Assembly: GCA_012295275.1 (NCBI GenBank)
Contig: CM022671.1
Coordinates: 10,726,001-10,790,000, forward strand
DNA: 64,000 nt
Reading direction: 5' to 3'
From: Chrysomallon squamiferum
Lineage: Eukaryota > Animalia > Mollusca
Shown here: in pieces, positions 53,701 to 64,000 of the stretch
Layout of the letters: each line of letters starts with the position of its first letter
Numbering within the stretch: the stretch's first letter is position 1
Notes under the pieces: model-generated
Told to the model about the DNA's origin: nothing
Seen by the model: the letters and a program-made list of their open reading frames with translations, nothing else
The model's database searches: none
Program-made: the position numbers and the translations under genes

Positions 53701-56700
53701 AATCTTGCCTGTGGTCCATATTGTGTTGTAGAGGGCGAGTAAGATTAGTAGTGTTTCATCTGGTAGGTGTTGTGTTATTGTGTAGCTTATTTTATCTGCT
53801 CCTGGCTGCTGTACTTTTCTTGTTTTTGAGGGCATGTTCAAGTTCGCTGATGTTGAAGAGTTGATTGTATTTCATGTGTTCTGTGTCTGCAGAATATTTG
53901 TCGATTGTTAGATTGTCCAGTGGTTTCTTTGTGAATTTCACTGGGAAGTTTGAGTTGCTGCTGGACTTGGTGAAAGTTTCACTGAGTAGGTCTGCTTTTT
54001 GCTTGTTGGTGAATTGGATTTTGTTTTTGTAGACAGTGTTAAATCTGTGGGGTTTTTTGCCTGGGAAGTTTTTCACTTTAGCCCATGTCTTTGACTGATG
54101 TTTTGTTGTCGATGTTGTTGCAAAAAAGTTCCCAGCGTTCTTGTTTTGCAATGAGAATTAGATTGGAAACTTCTTTTCTTGCTATTTTGTATTTTTCGTG
54201 TCTGGAATAATTTCTGTCTTTTTTGTATTGTCTTCTGAATTTGTTTCTTTCTTTGCATTTCTTTTCTATGCGTTCCACTCACCAGGGAGTGGATATTTTG
54301 CCGGTGCATTTTCTGGTTTTGGGTATGAATTTGTTAGCAATGGAGTGTATCGTGTTGGTTAGCGATGTGCAGTAGGTGTTGGGGTTCTTTGTGGTGATGT
54401 TTCTGCATGCTTTGTTGAATGTCCATTTGGGTGTGAAAATGGATCTGTCCGAGGTGTTCTTGCTAATATAGTTGGTGAGTATTTGGTGATGGCACTGTTT
54501 AGTTCATTGAGCACTTGCCATTCGCAGAGCACTGCGATGTCCTTACTTGTGAATGTTGGATCAATGGCGGATTGGCTACCATTGATGTCGCTGGTGTATG
54601 TGGATGGTCCGTCATTCAGACATTTTCGAAGGTGATTCCAGGGCTGTCATCTGTCGAGCCACCCCATAAGGAGTTGTGACAGTTGAAATCGCCCACTATA
54701 AAGAGATTGTTGTTTGTTGTTATCATTTTGTTTAAGTCATGCGTTTGGATGGTGTGCAGTGCGGGAGTGGGTGGGCTGTACATGTTAATTATGTCGATGT
54801 TTTGATTGTTGTTGTGTACTGTGATGCTTAGTATTTCTATCTTGGTGTGGACTTTGCCTTGGTTCAGCTTGGTGTGTGGAATGTCTTGTTTGACAAGTGT
54901 CATGATGCCTCCCCGGATCGTGCTGAATCTGTTAACGTAGTGACTTTGATACCCAGGGACCTGAAAGGTTTTTGTTGTAGTGTCCTAGCCATGTTTTTTG
55001 TATGCATATTACGTCTGGTGTGTTTCTGGTGAGGCCAGGAAGTGTAATAGTTCATCTCCGTGGCCTTCTGAGTGGAGGCCTTTAGCGTTCCATTGAAGAA
55101 TAGAGAGGCCTATGTTACTGGTGTGCTTATAGTGAAGAGTGTGTAAATGGTTGGTACTATTTGGTGTTTTTTGTTCAGTGTTGTTTTGTGTTTGTGGAAT
55201 TTCTCTTGTCTGTGTGTAATTTAAGTCTTTTGTCATCTGTGGGGATCTTGAAGTCCAAGCAGACTTCAGTTATTTGGGCTACCGTGTGCTCTAAATTGGA
55301 GTCATTAGTGATGTTTCCTTGGTTGTTTCTAATGTTTTGAAGTTCAATGAGGAGGCAGACAATAATTTTGTGTATTTCTGTGATCCTGACCTCCTTGTCC
55401 AGATTGTCTTTTGGTTTGTTGTTGTGGTGGTCGATTTTTTCAATGATAGTTTTGGCATTTTTTGTTAACGTTTCGTAATATTTTGTTTTCTCTTCTATTA
55501 TGTTTGAAGTTGTTGCTTGTTGTTATTTTTGATGGGCACATTTTGTAATGTGATGCGTGTGGACCCTGGCAATTTGTGCATTTTGCCAGAGAACGGCATT
55601 GGCCTGAGTTTCTGGCCAAACTGCATGTTATCATTTCGGGTTGTGTCTCTGGGTGCACTGGTTTGTGATGTGCCCTGGTTTGTGATGTGCCCCGGTTTGT
55701 GATGTTCCCCCATTTCTGACAGTGGCTGCACTTAGGGCAACTGCAGCCTCATTTCTGTCAGTGTGTATCTGTACCCATAAATGGTAATAGTTGTGTTTGT
55801 TAGTTTGCTGCTAAACGTCAGTGTGGTCCAGTAGCTTGGATTTTTCCACATTTCCACACTGACTAATTTAGCTTTTGTTTGTTGTATCATTTCTTTGTTA
55901 AACATCTCAAAGAAATCATGCTTGACTGCATACGGGTAGTAAAAACCCAAAGCATTGGAGATGTATTTGTGAATTGTTGTTTCTTTGTTTTTTGTTGTTT
56001 GTTTGGGTTGTCACTGTGTAATTAATGTTTGTTTTGTCTGCTGTTGCATGAGCAGTGTTTTTCTGGGTTGTGGTATGGGTGTTTTTGTTTGTTGGGTGTC
56101 AGGAATTATTTTTTGTAATATCCTGACAATAAATACTTCATCCCAGATAGTTATGTTGGGACCTGTAGCTTTTAGAGATTTTGAATCTATTTCAAAATAT
56201 ATTTCTTGTGCATTTTGATTTTTGTTAACTTTAGTTGTTTTGTCAATGATATGTATTTGCACTTCTAACAAATATCGCAACTTTTTTCGATCTCTGTGTG
56301 TGTTTTTTTGTGGATCGTGATGATAGCTCAGCATTCAATATGTTTAGTTTTTTTCCTCTTTATTGTTTCCCAAATGTTTTGATTGCTTTCATTTTTGGTG
56401 TCAGTGTCACATAGGCTTGCTAATATGGATAGGATTCGGTTTATGATTTTTTATTCTGCTGTTTCCTCTGAGTCAGAATGTGTGTGTGTGGATGTGTTGT
56501 CGTTGATTTTTTGTTTGTTTTCTGTTACATTTGCTTTTTTCTACGGATCTAGGGCTCCTGTCCCTCGGTCGCTTAGGAACTCTAGTTTCCATATCTGAGC
56601 GGTCAGTCACGGTGCTGTATGTTTTCATGTGTTTGGTTGCCATTGTGTGTGGCTTGTTGTGTAATTGTTGTTGTTTTTTCGTTTTTTTATAATAGTTCAA

Positions 56701-57050
56701 TTTTAAATATATAGACAAATCTATATAAATTTTAAAAAGTCTAAAGCTATGATAACTCACTTTGAGACCGAGAAAAAGCTAAAACATATATTTGTTATTT
56801 AAGATACCAGAAAGTAAAAGACAAAGAAGAACAAACAGTAAAAAAGTAAAAAGAAAAGTAATAAGGGTAACAATAATACAAATGGCTACAAATAATATAA
56901 ATAAGAATCTAAAACTAAATAAATAAAGTAAATGAAACAGTATCTTTCGTTTCTGAATTCCGCTCAGCAAGCACAATCCGTTTGTGAATATTCGTCACAG
57001 CTTCTCTTGCGGGCTTACACCATGTCAGGGTCGACCAAATGGCAGCGAGT
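50720..57050 (-). mobile_element. I-group LINE copy 2, near full length, more decayed; 5' boundary approximate
   Basis: Colinear with copy 1 from the 5' motif gacatggtgtaagcccg through ORF1 (ATG 56643, METRVPKRPRDRSP), ILQWNAKGL, GDFNCH, LFADD and RNase H to ctctgattagcacattaatt and a (GTTCAAG)2 tail. No TSD found. Confidence 0.93.
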
Positions 57051-57279
57051 CTCTTCAAACATACGATGATATCTGAAAAACTAAGGTCCCATCTATTGAC
57101 AGTGATGAACATTTAAACAAATAATAATATAAATGAAAAAAAAAAAAAATAAAAACAAGGAAATAAAGAAAAGAAAAGAATTCAAAAAGGTGGATTTCTC
57201 ATGGAAAAGAGATTACACCAGGGTTTCCAGGAGTTAACCATTTTAACTCCAGTTTTCCATGTTTTCCATATGTCAGTGT

Positions 57280-58234
57280 TTATGAGTGGAGTGACAATAT
57301 ATTGATAGAGCAGTAATGTTAGAGCAAATGATAATTATGAAACAAGAGGTACTTGGAACCTTTTGTCGTATTAATAACCAGATTTTAAATAACAACAATA
57401 AATACATTTATGTACTGAAATCAGGTTATTTTAATTTTTCTTTTTGAAAAAATATATTAATATTTTCAGTGAAATATAATTATTTTTCTTAACAAACATT
57501 TTGTGAAAAAAAAAAATTATTTATTTTTTTATGTTTTCAGTAATCTGCAGCTAGAAAACTAAACTGTGAAAATGGCACAAGATTTGAAGGAAGGTAAAAC
57601 TGCCTCAGAAGGAAATCACAAAATTTGACAATGAACTCAGGTTAGTGCCATTAGTTTCAGATACTTTATTTTATTTTATTAGTTGTCTTTATGCTACTGT
57701 AACTATATCAAAACCAAATGTGTGTAGATAATGTCTGAATTAAGATGTTTTGCTAGATTGTTATCAAGTCATCAGAAAATCTAAAAAGACATGTTAGAGG
57801 TCACATGCTCAATCTCTAACAGACTTAGCCATCAAATAAATCTAGTTTAATTCCTTACATTTCTTATATATAATTTCTTCTTTTGCCTGAACTGTGAAAT
57901 TTCCTTTTTCTTGGAGTGGATATTTATTTTTAAAATATTGAGTCAAAATAATCAATAAGAATCAAATCAAATTGCATTATAAATAAATTCATTTTTGTGA
58001 ATCATTCACTGTTTCTGCCAATAGCTGATCATTGTTTCCAATTGTTGTTATGTTACAGATTTATTAGACATTCCTGATTAAAACATTAAGATTTTTAAAC
58101 ATTCATCTAATTCATAGTTAACTTGTCTTTTCCAATTTTTTGAAAATATAATGTAAGCTAATTAATAAAAACAAGACAATAGTTAAACATTTTTCTTTCA
58201 AAGCCTCCAAATTAAGTTTATTTTTTTAACTACT

Positions 58235-58279
<45 letters not shown>

Positions 58280-59800
58280 TTGTAGCAATTTAGTTTTTTC
58301 TCAAAAGAAACTATAGTACATTAAATTTGAAAGTAGTGTAGAGAAATTGAAAATAAAACATTATAGAAGTATGTAAGATAAATATTTCTGACTAAAATAT
58401 TAAAATCTAAAATGTAACAAAAGATAATAACTACATAATAGAGCTTATTTAGCTGATAGTTCTCTGTAATCAAAAGAGCTCCTGAAATCATTGCACTGAT
58501 TTCATTGTTGAAGTAAGATTAAATATTTCTTCAGACTATTTCAATGTCCATATGAATCTGTGTATCAAGGGTTTGTTGTTAAGCGTAGTCTTCTAAACTG
58601 ATTAAAATAGAAAATAATAAATAATAAATCATGTTATTAAAAATGAATAAATAATAAAAGTTTAACTGCACTTGGTAAGATTTAAAAAAATATATTATGA
58701 TGGAAACAATCCACAACTTCAAATCAGATAGAGTAAAATTTTCAACGAAAATGTAAAAATGACTTAGCATTAATTTGAAACTAAGGGTATATTCAAAGAC
58801 AATTCAAGAAACTACTAAAAACAAAGGTTTAAGCATGTATTACCATAATTACAATTTATCAAACTGGTACTAAGACATTTTATTGTAATGTCAATATCAC
58901 AATGAAGTAAGGAATAAAAAAATAATTCTGCGACATACATTTTTTTTAAAAGCCTCATCATTAAGTTTATTTTTCAGGAGTATAGAGCTTTACAAATAAT
59001 TATCAACTGAACTACCGTATTTTTATTATTATTAATATTGCTGTTATTGGTGTAGCCATTTTGATTTTATTCAAATCAAACTGTAGTACCTTAAATTTTG
59101 AAAACTGTACAGAAATTGTCAACTAAAAATACTACAAGTAAGTAAGGTAAATATTTCTGATAAAATATTAAAAGCTAAAATGTAACAACAAATTAATAGA
59201 CCTTATTTCGGATATTAGAAATTAGAAACCATTTTAACTCACAGCTCTCTTTCATCAAAAGAACTGGTGAAATTATTGCATTGATTTCATTGTTGAAGTA
59301 AGATTAAATATTTCTTCAGACTATTTCAATGTTGATATTAATCTGTGTATCAAGGGTTTGTTGTTAAGCGTAGTCTTCTAAACTGATTAAAATAGAAAAT
59401 AATAAATAATAAATCATATTATTAAAAATGAATAAATAATAAAAGTTTAACTGCAGTAGGTAAGATTTAAAAAATATATATATATTATGATGGAAACCAT
59501 CCACAAATGCAAATCAGATTGAGTAAAATGTTCAACTAAAATATAAAAATCAGTTAGCATTAATTTGAATGAGAGGGTATATTCATAGATAATTCAAGAA
59601 ACTACTGAAAAGAATGGTTATAGCATGTATTACCATAAATACAATTTATCTAACTGGTACTAAGTAATCTCCATATCACTATATGAAATAAGTAACAAAA
59701 AAAGAATTAAATATTTCTTCAGTCTAATCAAGTGTCGATATTAATATATGCATCAAGAATTTGTTAAGCTTAGTTTCTAAACTGACTAAAAGATAAATAA
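57280..59800 (-). repeat. Inverted block A followed by inverted array modules
   Basis: 57280-57786 is the reverse complement of block A. 59200-59790 closely matches the reverse complement of outer-array modules such as ~11880-12480. Confidence 0.92.
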
Positions 59801-59942
59801 ACAATAAAAACCTTTGAGTCAGTGAGTTCATCATTAAGTCAAACATTTTCTCCCTTCTGAATACATGCACATATATACATAACTAAAATACAGATAAACA
59901 CACACAGACTATTATGCTAATGATTATTAAAACGATGATAAA

Positions 59943-59981
<39 letters not shown>

Positions 59982-60049
59982 TAATAACAATAGTAAAGAA
60001 AAGAAAACATATTTACTGATTTAGAAACACTTAAAATTTATGAATTACT

Positions 60050-60437
60050 TTTATTGACATCAACTCTTGCTTTCATTTGAAAATTCAGTATGATAAGAAA
60101 GTGAGAAACAGATATTATATATTTATTTCTCATGTTTTATTTATAAAGAAATCGCAATTTATCAGTTGAAATTATTAAGAAAAAGCCAGGTATTTTCTTT
60201 CAATTCTTTTACTTGTTTAACTTCATCTGACATGACAAGCTGACCTGTTTGACCAGTCAGCTTGTTTCTGTTCACACCACAGAGCTGTCACACTGACAGG
60301 GTAGCTTCAGTCAGCAGTCTAAAATGTTATTTTTAAGTGTCATGCTTCAGTAACCACTGGCTGGCAAAGTGAGTTGTTCTGTCACCAGGTGACAATGTTT
60401 CAATTTAATACCACTGTGTGAGTTCTAAACACCATTA
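60050..60437 (-). repeat. Inverted block D
   Basis: Reverse complement of 16960-17345, cut by the gap. Confidence 0.9.
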
Positions 60438-60637
60438 NNNNNNNNNNNNNNNNNNNNNNNNNNNNNNNNNNNNNNNNNNNNNNNNNNNNNNNNNNNNNNN
60501 NNNNNNNNNNNNNNNNNNNNNNNNNNNNNNNNNNNNNNNNNNNNNNNNNNNNNNNNNNNNNNNNNNNNNNNNNNNNNNNNNNNNNNNNNNNNNNNNNNNN
60601 NNNNNNNNNNNNNNNNNNNNNNNNNNNNNNNNNNNNN
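60438..60637. other. Assembly gap (200 N)
   Basis: Run of N. Confidence 1.
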
Positions 60638-60659
60638 TTGTTACTTCGTTCAGTTACAT

Positions 60660-63600
60660 TATTGCTAGTACAACAAACATCAGACATTCATTACAAGAAC
60701 ATGGCAGTACTGAAGAGTTTCATTACAGAAACATGGCAGTACAAGAAACAGAAGACATTCATTACAGGAATATGGCATTACAACAAATAGAAGACATTCA
60801 TTACATGAACATGGCTGTACAACAAACAGAAGACATTTATTACAGGAACATGGCAGTAGTACAAACAGAAGAAACTGAATATAAGAACATGGCAGTACAA
60901 CAAACACAAGACATTCATTACAGGATCATGGCAGTAGAACAAACAGAAGACATTCATTAAAGGAACAAAGCAGTACAACAAACAGAAGTCACTCATTGCA
61001 GGAACATGGCAGTACAACAAACAGAAGACATTCATTAAAGGAACATGGCAGTACAACAAACAGAAGTCACTCATTGCAGGAACATGGCAGTACAACAAAC
61101 AGAAGACACTCATTGCAGGAAGATGGCAGTACAACAAACTGAAGACATTCATTAAAGGAAGATGGCAGTACAACAAACTGAAGACATTCATTATAGTAAC
61201 ATGGCAAACAAACTGAAGACATTCATTAAAGGAACATGGTAGTACAACAAACAGAAGACATTTATTACAGGAACATGGCAGTACAACAAACAGAAGACAT
61301 TCATTACAAGAATATGGCACTAAAAAACGAAGAAGATATTCATGACATGAACATGGCACGACAAGAAACAGAAGACACTCATTAAAGGAACATGGCAGTA
61401 CAACAGACAGAAGACGATCATTAAAAGAACATGGCAGTACAACAACCAGAAGACAGTCATTACAGGAACATTGCATTTTTACTAGAAACAGAAGACTTTA
61501 ATTAAAGGAACATGGCAGTACAGCAAACAGAAGACATTCGTTTCAAAAACATTCCAGTAGAGCAAACAGAAGACATTCATTAAAGGAACATACCAGTACA
61601 ACAAACAGAAGACATTCGTTAAAGGAACATACCAGTACAACAAACAGAAGACATTCGTTAAAGGACCATGGCAGTACAACAAACAGAAGACATTCGTTTC
61701 AAAAACATGCCAGTATAGCAAACAGAAGACATTCTTTAAAGGAAAATGGCATTACAAAAAACAGAAGACATTCTTTAAAGGAAAATGGCATTACAAAAAA
61801 CAGAAGACACTCATTACAGGAAAATCGGAGTAGAACAAAAACAATAGATTCATTACAGGAACATGGCAGTACAGGAAACAGAAGACAGTCATTACAGGAT
61901 CATGGCAGTACAACAAACAGAAGTAATTCATTACAGGAACATGGCACACAGAAAAAAAAAGAAGATGAAATTCACAAAACAACATTTGACATGAACATTT
62001 GTACAACAAACAGAAAAAAACAGAAGACATTCATTACATGGCAATAAACAAACAGAAACAACAGAAGACACATTACAGGAACATGGCAGTACAACAAACA
62101 GAAGACATTCATTACAGGAAACATGGCAGTTGAAACAAACAGAAGACATTCATTACAGGAACATGGCAATACAACAAACAGAGAGATTCATTAACAGGAA
62201 CATGGCAGTACAAAAAAAGACAGTAATTACAAAACATGGCAACAACAAACAAAAAAGAACATCATTTCACAGGAACATTTTTCAACAAACAAATGTCATT
62301 TACAGGAACATGGCACAACAACAAAACATGACATTCATTAAACAAACAACATGGCAGAACATGGTTGTTGTAACAGAAGACATTCATTACAGGAACATGG
62401 CAGTACAACAAACAGAAGACACTCATTAAAGGAACATGGCAGTACAACAAACAAAGACATTCATTACACGAACATAGCATTCACAAACAAACAGAAGACA
62501 TTCATTATTAGGAACATGGCAGTACAACAAAAACACAGAAGACATTCATTACAGGAACATGGCAGTACCAACAAACAGAAGACATTCATTACAGGAACAT
62601 GGCAGTACAACAAACAGAAGACATTCATTACAGGAACATGGCAGTACAACAAACAGAAGACATTCATTACAGGAACATGGCAGTACAAAAAACAGAAGAC
62701 ATTCATTACAGGAACATGGCAGTACAACAAACAGAAGACAAGACAATTACAGGAACATGGCAGTACAACAAACAAAAGACACATTCATTACAGAAACATG
62801 GCAGTACAACAAACAAGAAGACATTACAGGAGGAACATGGCAGTACAACAAACAGAAGACATTCATTACAGGAACATGGCAGTACAACAAACAGAAGACA
62901 TTTCATTACAGGAACATGGCAGTACAAACAAACAGAAGACATTTATTACAGGAACATGGCAGTACAACAAACAGAAGACATTCATGAATTATAGGAACAT
63001 GGCAGTACAACAAACACAACAAACAGAAAGACATTCATTACAACAAACAAAAGACATTCATTACAGGAACATGGCAGTACAACAAACAGAAGACATTCAT
63101 TAAAGGAACATGGCAGTACAACAAACAGAAGACATTCATTATTGGAACATGGCAGTACAACAAACAGAAGAACTCATTAAAGGAATGGCAGTAGTAAACA
63201 GAACAAAAAAGAAGACATTCATTAAAGGAACATGGCAGTACAACAAACACAAAGACATTCATTAAAAGGAACATGGCAGTACAACAAACAGAAGACATTC
63301 ATTAAAGGAACATGGCAGTACAACAAACAGAAGACATTCATTACAGGAACATGGCAGTACAACAAACAGAAGACATTCATTACAGGAACATGGCAGTACA
63401 AAAAAACAGAAGACATTCATTACAGGAACATGAACATGGCAGTACAACAAACAGAAGACATTCATTACAGGAACACATGGAACACAACAAACAGAAGACA
63501 TTCATTAAAGGAACATGGCAGTACAACAAACAGAAGACATTCATTAAAAAGAACATGGCAGTACAACAAACAGAAGACAGTCATTACAGGAACATGGCAT

Positions 63601-64000
63601 TACAACAAACAGAAGACATTCATTCATTAAGGAACATGGCAGTACAACAAACAGAAGACATTCATTACAAAAACATGGCAGTACAACAAACAGAAGACAT
63701 TCATTAAAGGAACATGGCAGTTACAAAAAACAGAAGACATTCATTAAAGGAACATGGCATTCAGTACAACAAACAGAAGACATTCATTAAAGGAACATGG
63801 CAGTACAACAAACAGAAGACATTCATTAAAAACATGGCAGTACAACAAACAGAAGACATTCATTACAGGAACATGGCAGTACAACAAACAAAGAAGACAT
63901 TCATTACAGGAAAATGGCAGTACAAAAAAAACAAGACATTCATTACAGGAACATGGCAGTACAAAAAAAAGAAGACATTCATTACAGGAACATGGCAGTA
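60660..64000. repeat. 39-bp tandem satellite (ACAGAAGACATTCATTACAGGAACATGGCAGTACAACAA)n, running off the window end
   Basis: Roughly 80 head-to-tail units; near-perfect run at 62570-62730. Confidence 0.98.

Noticed and set aside
57230-57250. ggagttaa-ccatt-ttaactcc hairpin as a Helitron 3' end
   Set aside because: No CTRR terminus at the expected distance and no other Helitron evidence.
60400-63707. Repetitive ORFs (MAVQQTEDIHYRN, MNVFCLLYCHVPV) as genes, or the array as CRISPR
   Set aside because: Head-to-tail satellite with no unique spacers; frames shift constantly; eukaryotic context with no cas genes.

Overview
AT-rich animal (invertebrate-type) genomic DNA made almost entirely of repeats, decayed transposons and pseudogenes; I found no intact host protein gene. 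Left to right: (1) an ~11 kb compound array of shuffled AT-rich modules (3.9-15.1 kb); (2) unique blocks, an L2/CR1 fragment and a Penelope-like RT relic; (3) a pogo (DD35D) transposon and its MITE; (4) a small spliced orphan ORF; (5) a frameshifted NOF/Mutator-like transposase C-terminus fused to a USP (peptidase C19) domain; (6) a Buster-type hAT element with an 8-bp TSD; (7) a full-length I-group LINE on + (gag zinc knuckles, APE, RT, RNase H; 12-bp TSD); (8) a 5'-truncated, intron-containing PIWIL2/Ago3-type Piwi pseudogene; (9) an inverted copy of the left-hand repeat blocks carrying a second copy of the same LINE on -; (10) a 200-N gap and a 39-bp satellite. The most striking pattern is strand polarity. 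Every orientable element left of ~48.5 kb, including the Piwi relic, is on +. The one orientable element to the right is on -. Exon-like non-coding segments point away from a central CpG-rich patch. This fits, but does not prove, a divergently transcribed piRNA-cluster-like locus that reads transposons and a Piwi copy antisense. Family assignments come from motif recognition by eye; no searches were run.
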